Positions 11,190 through 24,150 are shown, counted from the first letter of the stretch. The stretch: DNA of 64,000 nucleotides from Centroscyllium fabricii (GCA_051313645.2 JBNRSN020000022.1:3658001-3722000); one strand, 5' to 3'. Made by a program: numbers and translations. The notes: generated from the letters alone by a model not told the origin.

Positions 11190-14097
11190 GATTTTGGACC
11201 ACCGTGGGTGATTCTGCTGCACAGGACGGGAGGAAAAAGAGCGGGAGAGCTATAGTGAAAGGGGATTCTATTGTAAGAGGAATAGATAGGCGTTTCTGCA
11301 GCCGCAAACGAGACTCTAGGATGGTATGTTAGCCCCCTGGTGCAAGGGTCAAGGATGTCTCTGAGCAGCTGCAGGACATTCTGGAGGGGGAGGGTGAACA
11401 GACAGTTGTCGTGGTGCATATAGGTACCAACGATAGAGGTCCTGAAAGCTGAATATAGGGAGTTAGGAGGTAAATTTGAAAATAGGATCTCAAAAGTAGT
11501 AATCACAGGATTGCTACCTGTGCCACGTGCTAATCAGAGTAGAAATAGAAGGATATTTCAGATGAATACGTGGCTAGAGGAATGGTACAAGGGGGAGGGT
11601 TTCAAATTCTAGGGGTTTGGGAACCTGTGTAGGGAGACAGAGGAAAGGGAAGCAAGGATAGAAGCAAAAGACAGGAAGGAGTAAGGCAAAAGTGGAAGGC
11701 AGAGAAATCAAGGGTGTAAATCAATCAGGGCCACAATAAATAATAATTCGAAAATGATTAAGAGTTTATATTTTTTTTAAACAAGCCTGAAGGCTTTGTG
11801 TCTTAATGCGAGGAGCATTCGTAATCAGGTGGATGAATTAGCTGCGCAAATAGATGTAACACGGATATGAAATAATTGGGATTACAGAGACATGGCGCCA
11901 AGGTGACCAAGGCTGGGAATTCAACATCTAGGGGTATTCAATATTCAGGAAGGACAGGCAAAAAGGAAAAGGAGGTGGGGTAGCATTGCTGGTTAAAGAG
12001 GGGATTAACACAATAGGGAAGGATACTAGCTCTGATGATGTGGAATCTGTATGGATCGAGGTGAGAAATACCATGGGGCAGAAAACGCGAGTGGGAGTTG
12101 TATACAGATCCTGTTTGACTTTCAGAAATTAGGGATAGCATAAGATCCAAGAAGAGGACATATAAATTGGCCAGAAAAAACAGCAAACCTGAGGATTGGA
12201 AGCAGTTTAGGATTCAACAAAGGAGGAAAAAAGGATTAATTAAGCGGGGGATGCGAGTAAACTGTCTGTAAAAGCTTCTATAGCTATGTAAAGAGAAAAA
12301 GATTGAAGTTAAGCATAGGTCCCTTGCAGTCAGAATCAGGGGAATTTATAATGGGGAACAAAGAAATGGCAGAACAATTAAATACATTCTTTGGTTCTGT
12401 CTTCACGAAGGAGGACACAAATAACCTCCGAGAGATGTCTGGGAACATAGGGTCTAATGAGGGGGAGGAACTGAATGAAATCAGTATTTGTAGGGAAATG
12501 GTGTTGGGAAAATTGATGAGATTAAAGGCCGATAAATCCCCAGGGCCTGATAATCTACATCCCAGGATACTTAAGGAAGTGGCCCTAGAAATAGTAGATG
12601 CATTGCTGGTCATCTTCCAAAATTCTATAGATTCTGGCACAGTTCCCATGGATTGGAGAGTAGCTAATGTAACTCCACTATTAAAAAAAGGTGATAGAGA
12701 GAAAACAGGAAATTATAGACCGGTCAGCCTGACATCGGTAGTGGGGAAAATGTTAGAGTCCATTATAAAAGATGTAATAGCTGAGCACTTGGAAAACAGC
12801 GACAGGATCGGACAAAGTCAACATGGATTTACAAAGGGAAAATCGTGCTTGTCTAATCTACTGGAATTTTTTGAGGATATGACTGGTAGCATAGATAAGG
12901 GAGAACCAGTCGATGTGGTGTATTTTGACTTTCAGAAGGCTTTTGATAAGGTCACACAAGAGATTAGTGTGTAAAGTTAAGCACATGGGATTGGGGGTAA
13001 GGTACTGACTTGGATAGAGAGCTGGTTGGCAGACAGGAAGCAAAGAGTTGGAATAAACGGGTCTTTTTCTGAGTGGCAGGCAGTACCGCAGGGATCGGTG
13101 CGAAGACCCCAGCTATTCACTATATATTAATGATCTAGATGAGGGAACTAGATGTAATATCTGCAAGTTTGCAGATGACACAAAGCTGGGTGGGTATGTG
13201 TGCTGTGAGGAGGATGCAGAGAAAATCCAGTATGATTTGGACAGGTTGGCTGATTGGGCAGATGCATGGAAGATGCAGTATAATGTGGATAAATGCGAGG
13301 TTATCCACTTTGGTGGCAAAAACAGGAAGGCAGATTATTATCTGAATGGCAATAGATTGGGAAAAGGGGAAATGCAACGAGACCTGGGTGTCCTTGTGCA
13401 TCAGTCACTGAAAGTAAGCATGCAGGTGCAGCAGGCGGTTAAGAAGGCAAATGATATGTTGGTCTTTATAGCGAGAGGATTCGAGTACAGGAATAAAGAT
13501 GTCGTGTAGCAGTTGTACAGGGCCTTGGTGAGACCACACCTTGAGTATTGTGTGCAGTTTTGGTCGCCTTATCTCAGGAAAGATGTTCTTGCCATGCAGC
13601 GAAGATTCACTAGACTGATACTTGGGATGGCAGGAATGACGTATGAGGAGAGATTGGATCGATTAGGCTTATGTTTGCTGGAGTTTAGAAGACTAAGAGG
13701 GGATCTCTTTGAAATTTATAAAATTCTAACAGGACTGGACAGACTAGATGCAGGAAGGATGTTCCCGATGGTCGGGGAGTCCAGAACCAGGGGTCACAGG
13801 CTAAGGATAAGGGGTAAACCATTTAGGACTGAGATGAGGAGGAATTTCTTCACCCAGAGAGTGGTGAACCTGTGGAGTTCTCTACCACAGAAGGCGGTTG
13901 AGGCCAATTCATTAAATATATTCAAGAAGGGGTTAGATATATTTATTACGGCTAACGGGATCAAGGGATATGGGGAGAAAGCAGGGACAGGGTACTGAAA
14001 TTGGATGATCAGCCATGATCTCATTGAATGGCAGAGCAGGCTCGAGGGGCTGAATGGCCGACTCCTGCTCCTATCTTCTATGGTTCTAGGTTTCTAA
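11190..14097 (+). mobile_element. CR1 (HER1-like) LINE, internally deleted
   Basis: Esterase remnant ~11200-11620, endonuclease ~11790-12110, RT ORFs 12303-13998, tail ctatggttctaggtttcta. Confidence 0.92.
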
Positions 14098-14465
14098 ATC
14101 TCCCTCAACCTTTTCTGCTCCAAGGAGAACCACCCCAGCTTCTCTCTGGTCACTCCACGTAACTCGGGTTCCTCATCCCTGGCCTTCAAACCCTGGTTGC
14201 GTTTTCTTCCCAACATCTGTAGCGGAGCCAAATGCCGCCATAACTGACATCCAGATGTTGCTCTGCCATTTAATCCATTGATCTAGAAGAAGGGCTTCCG
14301 AAGCAGCTGCTTTGACTTGGGTGCAGTGATGTAAAAAGCCACTCATTACTTGATCAGTGACCCATTTCCCCAGCGCTAAAACTAACTTCAGTTTCTCAAT
14401 GGCGAGAAGCTAGGGACTGTGGAGGAGCAGCAGAGAGATTTAGGGGTCCAAGTACAGAAATCACT

Positions 14466-14970
14466 AAGAACATAAAACATGAGAAGTAGGAGCAGTAGTC
14501 GGCCATATGGCCCCTCGGGCCTGCTCCGCCATTCAATAGGATCATGGCTGACCCGGATTTAGACTCACGTCCACTTCCCTGCCCGTTCCCCGTAACCCCT
14601 TCTTCCTTATCAGCTAGGAAAGTGTCTATCTCTGTTTTTATTTAATGTCGCAGCTTCCACTGCTCTGAGGTAGCAAATTCCATAGATTTATTACCCTTTG
14701 AGTGATGAAGTTGTTTCTCATCTCAGTTTTGAAAGGGCAGCCCCTTATTCTCAGATTATGCCCCCTAGTTCTAGTCTCGCCCATCTGTGGAAACATCCTC
14801 ACCGCATCCCACCCGATCAAGCCCCCTCACAATCTTATATGTTTCGATAAGATTGCCTCTCATTCTTCTGAACTCCAATGAGTAGAGGCTCAATCTACTC
14901 AACCTTTCCTCATAAGCCAACTCCCTCATCTCTGGAATCAACCGAGTGAACCTTCTCTGAACTGCCTGGA
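14466..14970 (-). mobile_element. CR1 3' fragment
   Basis: TRTRGHNLRIRG...NLWN translation; aagaacata tail at left end. Confidence 0.8.
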
Positions 14971-14974
14971 GAGC

Positions 14975-15540
14975 AAGCAGTGGAGAGGTACAAAAAATAA
15001 TTAAACGGCTAATGGAATGTTGGCCTTTATCTCCAGGGGTTGAAGTTATGTTGGTTTATATAACACGCTGGTTAGACCCAGCTGGAGTCGGTGTGTTCAG
15101 ATCTGGGCCCCGCACATCAAGTTATATACTGGCCTTGGAGGGGATGCAACACTGATTCACCAGAATGATACAGGAGCTTGAAGGGTTAAATTATGAGGGC
15201 AGGTTGCATAGACTGGGCTTTTATTCCCTTGAGTTTAGAAGATTAAGGGGTGATTTAATCAAGGTGTTGAAGATGATTAAAGGATTTGAAAGGGTAGAGA
15301 GAAACTGGTTCCTCTGGTGGGGAATCCAGTACAAGGGGGCAGGACCTTCAAATTAAAGCCAGGTCCAAAAAGCTCTCCCAAAAAAGCTGTTGAGACAAGG
15401 AGTTGATTAAAAATTTCAAAACTGAGTGATAGATTTTTGAGGCCAAGGGTATTAAGAACCAACTGTTGATTGAATTGAGATACAGATCAGCTATGATCTG
15501 ATTGAATAGGCTTGAGGACTGAATGGCCCGCTATATTCCT
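14975..15540 (+). mobile_element. Decayed CR1 3' fragment
   Basis: LGFYSLEFRRLRGDLIKV translation and CR1-type 3' UTR. Confidence 0.75.
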
Positions 15541-15816
15541 GTAACACACACTACCTCCGTGCGGACCAGCTTTTCTCCCATTTCAACCCCGTACTCCGAG
15601 TCATAGCCTTTGATAAATACTGTCACTCAAGACCAGAAATATCTCTGAAGCTACTGTTTATTGCATTGCCCCTCCATCTCCTCATGCAAAGAATTGGGAC
15701 ATCAGCTCACCTTATTCTTGGCACTAGTCTAATAAAGCCATCTTGGGACTGTGCAGTCATTCGGTGGCACACCTCATATATTGGGACCTGCTGGCTGTTG
15801 CTGTCTTTAGCAACAA

Positions 15817-16190
15817 TGGCTCCAGTAGTGTAGTGGTTATATTACTGGACCAGTAATCCAGACAATGAATTCAAATCCCATTGTGACAGTTTGAGAATTT
15901 GAAATCCGTTTTTTTTTTGAAGTTGGAAATATAAAGCTGGAATCAGTAAAAGTGTTGGATTGTCGTTTAAAAAACCCCAACTGATTCACTGATGTCTTTC
16001 AGGGAAGGAAAGCTTCCATCCTTACCTGGTCCCACACTAATGTGGTTGACTGTTAACTGCCCTCTGAAGTGGCCCAGCGAGCCCCTCATTTGAGTCAGTG
16101 CTATCTGCAGTGGTTCAGGAAGGTAGCCCACCACCATCTTCTCCAGGGCATCTAGGGATGGACAATAAGTAGTTGAGATGGTCAACACAC
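15817..16190 (+). mobile_element. tRNA-headed SINE with a tail like the LINE at 7618-9090
   Basis: A-box-like gtgtagtggtt and B-box-like ttcaaatcc; tail ccaccaccatcttctccagggc...agggatggacaataa resembles 8995-9032. Confidence 0.6.
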
Positions 16191-16389
16191 CTGTTGACTA
16201 ATTTAAGATCGGTCAGGACTTGGTGAGTTTCTACCAAGGTATTTATATTGGTCAGGAAGAACTTTGCAGCTGAATGGTGTTGTTAGGCTCGAATTTTCAG
16301 AGCAAAACCAGACGGAGATGGAACTACTGACAAAGTTAAAACTTATTAGAAAACGGCTGGGAGGCCTTGTGCACAAAGGGAGAGTAGCC

Positions 16390-16554
16390 ATGATGTGGAG
16401 GTGCTGGTGTTGGACTGGGGTGGACAAATGCAAGAAGTCACACAACACCAGATTATAGTCCAACAGTTTTATTTTAAATCACAAGCTTTCGGAGCTTTTG
16501 CCCCTTCGTCAGGTGAAAGAGAGACTGACTTAAAGAACGCACATATGGGACGAT
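16390..16554 (-). mobile_element. Short Penelope pLTR-like insert with hammerhead ribozyme (copy 1)
   Basis: Shares sequence with 24605-24690 and 58942-59078; flanked by gggagagtagcc / gggagagtagtt (10 of 12 match). Confidence 0.75.
16478..16517 (-). ncRNA. Minimal type I hammerhead ribozyme
   Basis: Minus strand UCAC-CUGACGA-A-GGGGC-AAAA-GCUCC-GAAA-GC-UU-GUGA: core boxes, stem II, stem I, palindromic stem III. Confidence 0.8.
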
Positions 16555-17543
16555 GGGAGAGTAGTTAGCTTCCTCAAGCTTGCACCTAACTCTCAAAGGA
16601 AAAGCATGTTTATACCTTTCAATAGGCAACGCCCACCGGTTACGAAATGGGGGCATACACTTACAAACAGCGTCACTACAGTTACTGTCTGGTTGACGTG
16701 ATTAGTCACTTAATTGTTGGAGTCCACCTTGAGGCGTCCTGTGACACTAAACATCGCACATTAGTTGTAGTTACCCTTATCATTAAACGCATAGTCTTCA
16801 GACATTGAGACTCTACAAAGTAGCTTCAAGCAAGGCCGCATCCGGGCTTATTACCCCATGGTGCTAATGTGCCAGCCCTGGAGATGCATGGTTATTTCAT
16901 TAATCTCCCGAGAAAAGCTTATTGGGATAAACAATGTCCGCTCAGGCTTCGAGCAAACATTCCAAAGGGAGATAAGGTGTTTGAGGTAAGGATTGTCTTA
17001 GAAATGGCTGATTCCTTTTAGTGTTCACCTTGGTGGCCACAACTTGTTGTGGGATTTTAGAGACTTATAAATGTTTTTATAGCCCAACTCTACCGTAGGA
17101 GCCAGTGTCTTAATATTTGTAACTTCAAAGGACATGAGCCTCCCCTAACTATCGAACAAGCAAATCACAAAGCCATACTCTGTGGCTAGTTACCCTTATC
17201 TCTTAGACGGGCAAGCTATGTTGAACACTGCTTCTTTGAAGCTGATAACAACATTCCGAAATGTTTGGAGATAAGTGGGGTGGCGACTAGCAGCCTGGCA
17301 AACCTGCTTTGGTCAGCTATTGTACAGTACTAGTTAAGAGTTAACATAATGGTCAAGCAGCCCATCATGCTTTGCAGCTATCTAAATGGTACATGTACGC
17401 TTTTAATAAATATATGTGAAGCTAATCATTCTTTAAACATGATTTCTAGTATTACAGCCTAATGGTTAATGTATTTAGAGACTGGAGGATTCAGGCTTCG
17501 GTTCACAGGGCTATTTTTGCAATCCAACAGTGTGGTCTGAGGA

Positions 17544-18049
17544 AACATAGAAACATAGACGATAGGAGCAGGAGTAGGCCATTCGGCCCCTCGAGCCTGC
17601 TCAGTCATTCGATGAGATCATGGCTGATCATCCAAATTCAGTACCCTGTACCTGCCTTCTCCCCATATCCCTTTAGCTTTAAGAACTATATCTAACTCCT
17701 TCTTGAATATATTTAATGAATTGGCCTCCACTGCCTTCTGTGGTAGAGAATGCCACAGGTTCACCACTCTCTGGGTGAAGAAATTCCTCATCTCTGTCCT
17801 AAATGGTTTACCCCTTATCCTTAGACTGTGACCCCTGGTTCTGGACTCCCTGGCCATCAGGAACATCCTTCCTGCATCTAGTCTGTCCAGTCCTGTTTGA
17901 ATTTTATAAGTTTCAATGAGATCCCCTCTCATTCTTCTAAACTCCAGTGATTATAAACCCCAATCGACCCAATCTCTCCTCATACGTCATTCCTGCCATC
18001 CCAGGTATCAGTCTGGTGAATCTTCGCTGCACTCCTTCAATGGCAAGGA
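17544..18049 (-). mobile_element. CR1 3' fragment
   Basis: ORF 17618-17932; aaacatagaaacataga tail; TSD ctgagga at 17537 and 18050. Confidence 0.88.
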
Positions 18050-18491
18050 CTGAGGATTTCATGGAAAAAAGGGAGTGAGGGCATGCAGAGAGCGAGACAG
18101 TTTAAAAAGAAAAGTCTCTCCTAGTTCTGTGTACCTACAGCAGCAGAATTTACAGGATGATTGTCAAAGTTACACTGGGCAATGGGTATTGATCTAGTGG
18201 ACCATTTGGGTAAATAAAGCTCTATTAATGCCTTGTGAAGTCTTTCCTCTAGATTTGCAGACTAGTTCCCAGAGATTCCTGGTCCTATCTCTCTCTGCCC
18301 TTGTATACAGTTCGAGAGTATGATGGGCAGCACGGGTCTGTTTCTGGCTTGTAGGGTGTTTCCTTGGGTCGCGATGTGAAATGCAGGTTGGCCTGGGTCT
18401 ACACTGTAACAATGATGCTTGTTGGTTCAGATTGGAGCTGCTCAGACTGCAGATTATTGTTTATTGAATAAATGTTTGATTTCCATTGCAG

Positions 18492-18640
18492 ATGAATGGT
18501 TGCTGATTTTTGGAGACCCAACCAAGTTTGGCCTGGGACTGTTCTCGGCAATCTTTGATATTTTCTTCATTGTGCAGCATTATTGTTTGTACAGACCCCA
18601 CAAGCGTGATGGCGACAGCTTACTGAGCGCAGATAACTGA
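18492..18640 (+). CDS. CTNS: Cystinosin, last coding exon with stop
   Basis: ttgcag|AT; (D)[48 protein letters not shown]. Confidence 0.96.
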
Positions 18641-20060
18641 GACTGTTTTTGCACAACACGTCACTAACACTGGCTGGCTCTGGACACATTCATTGGGCAA
18701 TCTTTAACTTGCAACAACACGTACAAAATTGATCACTGTTAGTTGTGAATGAAATGACAGCAATAACTATGCATCATTCAGTAAAACCCAACCACAGCAG
18801 TCCCTGGCTTCAACCTCTCTCGGAGACCGTGGGCTGCACTCAATCCAATCTGCACAGGGCACGGACCAAGAGGCCACCTGTTCCACCAGTGGGACAGGAG
18901 GGACAACCCGAAGCGAGACTGTGACCGTGCGTCCTGGACCATGGAACACATCACATCAACCTGCCCACTGAGATCTGTTGCAGGAGGCACCTCATTTCCC
19001 CACTCGGCATCTCGAGGCCATTGAATGGATCGCCAAGCTAGACATCCTATTCTAAGCTTTTCCCATTGTACGAAAATATAGTGTTCAGTGAAACCGAGGT
19101 GCTTGTAATCTTAAGTGGGAGATGTGGAAGTATCTGTTTCACATGCATGTGTCTGAAGGTTTCTGCTGTTAGAGCTCGAATTTCTCCTTCAGCAGCAGTT
19201 GAGGTTTACGTTTCAAAAATCATCTTTCTGCACTCGGTGAGGTTGCCCCAGTATCTTGGAATTAAATCAGTAACAATTAGACTGGCTTTTGGTGTTTGGG
19301 GGTGGGTGGAGGGAGGGTGGAAGGGTTCTTGAGTTAAAATCTGTTGGCAGCGCATTCGAACCACTTCGGTTGCATACTGACCGATTGTGCGAGGAGAGGG
19401 TGGTGTTAAAGACTCGGCAGGGAGTCATGGTGCTCAGACTAACGTTGAGAAGAGCTTTCTGCTGGATGCAGTACTGAAACAATGTGTGCAAATTCTCCAA
19501 ACCACTCTGCAAATATACCTTCCTGGCTAGAAAAGAAGGCTGGGCTTTGTCTTCAGGAGTAACTTCACCCATTAACACAGACCAATTTCACAGTGACACT
19601 GAAGACAGTTCAACTCAATGACTGGTCTCAAGCTGCACTTCATTTAACTAAGCTCATTGTGGGTAAGTGATTTAAACTGCCCCATCCCCCACCCAGAGAA
19701 GTCATTGTTCAAATCATTGGCGCCTGGCATGGAGTTGTTTGGTTTGAGGTTAATGCCATGGAGGCAGTGATGTGGGGCTGTACTCCGAGGGTAGTGTTTC
19801 AGGGTTTGTTCCTGCACTTTAACACATTGGCCTTGTGTGCTTTGTGCATCTTCTCGGGTGCTTGACCCCAAGTTTGATGGACATTTGGGGTGTTTCATTC
19901 TCTCTGTCTGATCCATGACTTCAATTCAATGGAAATCAACTTGTATCGATTTCTGCCTCAGTAAAGCTTCATAACTTTTTGTACTCTTTCTAATCTCTAA
20001 ATTCTAATCATGTAAACAATTTATCAAATGAATAATATTAAATCATTGTTCAAATGAAAT
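18641..20060 (+). other. CTNS: Probable CTNS 3' UTR
   Basis: Unique non-coding sequence after the stop; candidate signals AGTAAA at 19960 and ATTAAA at 20037; real end unknown. Confidence 0.45.
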
Positions 20061-20120
20061 CTGTCTTCATTTCCTTGACTGAGCAGCAAGTACAAGCTTG
20101 GTTTGTGCTGTCCCCCAGTT

Positions 20121-20275
20121 TCACTGCCCTCGGTCACGCCGGGTGCCCCAGTCTCACTGCCCTCGGTCACGCCGGGTGCCCCGGTCTCGCTGCCCTCGGT
20201 CACGCCGGGTGCCCCGGTCTCGCTGCCCTCGGTCGCGCCGGGTGCCCCGGTCTCGCTGCCCTCGGTCACGCCGGC
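20121..20275. repeat. 33-bp GC-rich minisatellite, about 4.7 copies
   Basis: Unit ctgccctcggtcacgccgggtgccccggtctcg. Confidence 0.92.
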
Positions 20276-20654
20276 TCCCTGTCAGGTTCTGCAGGCAGCT
20301 GAAGTGAATTAATGCAACCAGGGTCCTGTTACCTGGATGGCTTTTAGGCAGGGTCTGAAGGTGGTCAAAACCTTCCATTGTGGGACCAGGAGATCTGTGT
20401 CCCACAAGGAAAATCGCGGCCTCCCCCTCGCCCATTCCAGTACCCATTCCAGAGTGCAATCGACGGGCAGCATTTAAATGAAGCTGGACGGAGAATGGTT
20501 GATAATTTCCTGCCCACAGCAGGAGACAAACTTAGCAAAGTGGTTTCTCCCCTGAAACATGCTCGGGTAACCCTCCCCATAATGTTTATCATCCGAATGG
20601 AAAAAATAGTTTGATAATGAAAAGTACAGGAGTTGAGAAAGTTAAAGGATTTGT

Positions 20655-22085
20655 AAACATAGAAACATAGAAGATAGCAGCAGGAGTAGGCTATTCGGCC
20701 CCTCGAGCTTGCTCCGCCATTCAATACAATCATGGCTGATCATTCAAATTCAGTACCCTGTCCCTGCTTTCTCCCCATATCCCTTGATCCCTTTAGCCGT
20801 AACAAATATATCCAACTCTTTCTTGAATATATTTAATGAATTGGCCTCTATGGCCTTCTGTGGCAGAGAATTCCACAGGTTCACACTCTGGGTGAAGAAA
20901 TTCCTCCTCATCACTGTCCTAAATGGCTTACCTCGTATCCTTAGATTGTGACCCCTGGTTCTGGACTCTCCCACCATCGGGAACATCCTTCCTGCATCTA
21001 GTCTGTCCAGTCCTGTTAGAATTTTATTATTTTAAATGAGATCCCCTCTCATTCTTCTAAACTCCAGCGAGTATAAGCCCAATCGACCCAATCTCTCCTC
21101 GTACGTCATTCCTGCCATCCCAGGTATCAGCCTGGTGAATCTTCGCTGCACTCCTTCCATAGTAAGAACATCCTTAGATAAGGCGACCAAAACTGTATGC
21201 AATACTCAAGATGTGGTCTCATCAAGGCCCTGTACAACTGCAGCAAGACATTCTTGTTCCTGTAATCAAACCCTCTCGCTACGAAGGCCAACATACCATT
21301 TGCCGCCATAATCGCCTGCTGCACCTGCATGCTTACCTTCAGCAACTGGTGCACAAGGATGCCCAGGTCTCGTTGCACTTCCCCTTCTCCCAATCTATTG
21401 CCATTCAGATAATAATCTGCCACCTTGTTTTTAACACCAAAGTGGATAACCTCGCATTTATCCACATTGGGCAGAAGCATGGCAGATGCAATATAATCAC
21501 CCAATCTGTCCAAATCATACTGGAGTTTCTCGGCATCCTCCTCACAGCACACGCCCACCCAGCTTTGTGTCGTCTGCAAACTTGGAGATATTACATCCAG
21601 TTCCCTCGTCCAGATCATTAATATATATTGTGAATAGCTGGGGTCCAAGGACCGATCCCTGCGGTACCCCACTAGTCACTGCCTGCCACTTGGAAAAAGA
21701 GCTGTTTATTCCAACTCTTTGCTTTCTGTCTGCCAACCAGTTCTCTATCCAAGTCAATACCTTGCCCCCAATCCCATGTGCCTTAATTTTACACGCTAAT
21801 CTCTTACGTGGGACCTTATCGAAAGCCTTTTGAAAGTCCCAAGTACACCACATCCACTGGTTCTCCCTTATCTATTTTACCAGTTACATCCTCAAAAAAT
21901 TCCAGTAGATTAGTCAAGCACGATTTATCATTTGTAAATCCATGTTGACTTTGTCCGATCCAGTCAATATTTTCCAAGTACTCTGCTATTACATCTTTTA
22001 TAATGGACTCTAGCATTTTCCCCACTACCGATATCAGGCTTACCGGTCTGTAATTCAGTGTTTTCTCTCTACCACCTTTTTGAAC
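20655..22085 (-). mobile_element. CR1 (HER1-like) RT and 3' end
   Basis: [18 protein letters not shown]-terminus GYGEKAGTGY; aaacatagaaacatagaa tail. Confidence 0.92.
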
Positions 22086-22184
22086 AAATGATGATTAATT
22101 GTTGGGTGAGGCTCTTAAGTTTGACCCAGTTACAGGGAATTGTTTAAAGTGGGTCACAGTTTAGGAATCAACCGAGTCCAAACC

Positions 22185-22768
22185 ATTTTTGTTTTTAATT
22201 GTTTATGGGATGTGGGCTCCGCTGGCAAGGCCAGCATTTACTGCCCATCCCTAGTTGCCCTTGAGAAGGTGGTGAGCTGCCTTCTTGAACCGCTGCAGTC
22301 CGTGTGGTGAAGGTACTCCCACAGTGCTGTTGGGGAGGGAGCTCCATGATTTTGACCCAGTGATGATGAAGGATCGGCGATCTACTTTTAAGTCAGGATG
22401 GTGTGTAACTTGGAGGTGGTGGTGTTCCCATGCACATACTGCCCTTGTCCTTATAGGTGGTAGAGGTCACGGGTTTGGGAGGTGCTGCCAAAGAAGCCTT
22501 GGCGAGTTGCTGCAGTGCATCTTGTAGATGGGGTACACTGCAGCCACGGTGCACCAGTGGTGCACCAGTGGTGGAGGGGGTGCCAATCAAACAGGCCACT
22601 TTGTCCTGGATGGTGTCGAGCTTCTTGAGTGTTGGAGCTGCACTCCTCCAGGGAAGTGGAGAGTATTCCATCACACTCCTGACTTGTGCTTTGTAGATGG
22701 TGGAAAGGCTTTGGGGAGTCAGGAGGTGAGACACTCACCACAGAATTCCCAGCCTCTGGCCCGCTCTT
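22185..22768 (-). mobile_element. LINE 3' fragment, same family as 7618-9090
   Basis: SHLLTPQSLSTIYKAQVRSVMEYSPL translation. Confidence 0.85.
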
Positions 22769-23860
22769 AGAATCATAGAAATTTACAGCACAGAAGGAGG
22801 CCGACAAAGAGCGATCCACCCTAATCCCACTTTCCAACATTTGGTCCGTATCCTTTTGCATATCCAAATACTTTATAAATATGAGGATTTCTACCTCGAC
22901 CACCCTTTCAGGCAGTGAGTTCCAGACCCCCCACCACCATCTGGGTGAGAAATATTCTCTTCGAATCCCCTGTAAACCTTCCACCAATTACTTTAAATCT
23001 ATGTCCTCTGGATATTGACCTTTCATAGAAACATAGAAGATAGGAGCAGGAGTAGGCCATTCGGCCCTTCGAGCCTGCTCCGCCATTCAATGAGATCATG
23101 GCTGATCATCCAAACTCAGTACCCTGTCCCTGCCTTGTCCCCATATCCCTCTCGAACCTGCACCGACACATATCCCACCCTATCCCCGTAACCCCACATA
23201 TTCAATCCCCCTAACACTAAGGGTCAATTTATCCTGGCCCATCAACCTAACCCGCACATCTTTGGACTGTGGGAGGAAACCGGAGCACCCGGACGAAACC
23301 CACGCAGACACGGGGAGAATGTGCAAACTCCACACAGATAGTACCCAAGGCCGGATTTGAACCCAGGTCTCTAGTGCTGTAAGGTAACAGTGCTAACCAC
23401 TATGCCACCATGCTGTCCCTTTCTGCTAAGGGAAACAGCTCCTTCCTATTCACTATCTAGGGCCCCTCATAATTTTATACACCTCAATTAGGTCTCCCCT
23501 CAGCCTCCTCTGTTCCAAAGAAAACAACCCCCAGCCTGTCCAGTCTTTCCTCATAGTTACAATCCTGCAGCCCAGGCAACATCCTCATAAATCTCCTCTG
23601 TAACCCTCTCAGGTGCAATCACATCCTTCCTGTAATGTGCTGACCAGAACTGCACGCAATACTCTAGCGGAGGCCTAACTTGTGTTTTATACAGTTCAAT
23701 CATAACCTCTCCGTTCTTATTGCCTCGGCTAATAAAGGCAAGCATTCCGTATGCCTTCTTAACCACCTTATCTACCTGTCCTGCTACCTTCAGTGATCTG
23801 TGGACATGCACTCCAAGGTTGCTCCGATCCTCTGCACTTCTCGGTATCCTACCATTTACA
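22769..23860 (-). mobile_element. CR1 3' fragment, interrupted by a SINE and by the Harbinger element (resumes 34860-34958)
   Basis: LGVHVHRSLKV...LEYCVQFWS translation; sequence continues across the Harbinger insertion. Confidence 0.8.
23025..23417 (-). mobile_element. HE1-like V-SINE (tRNA head, V core, CR1 tail)
   Basis: A/B boxes at right end, V-domain ttctccccgtgtctgcgtgggtttc, CR1 tail; TSD cctttc. Confidence 0.88.
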
Positions 23861-24150
23861 GGGGGAAAAATTGGGTCGCGCACGTTTTCGGGCGGTGAAG
23901 GTGCAGCGCTAACGCCTGGTTTCGCAATGGTCAGCTTTTGCACCCTGGTATGAGATTACAGCGCTAAATCAGGTGTTGCACGGCACTCTTAGGACGCAAA
24001 CGGCGAAAACTCAGGCGCGGGCGCAGCGCTTCATCTGTCAGTCAGCTGGCCAGCTCTTAAAGGGGGAGGGTCTTCCTATGATTCCAGGCATACCCTGCTC
24101 ATTTCCTGCCAGACTGCTGCTGTGGACACACGTGCCCCAATGTTGAAAAA

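Noticed and set aside
16809-17462. Frame with five consecutive TAG stops and no TAA/TGA, suggesting readthrough or recoding
   Set aside because: Translation resembles no protein, TGA and TAA stops bound it, and such a run is plausible by chance over six frames
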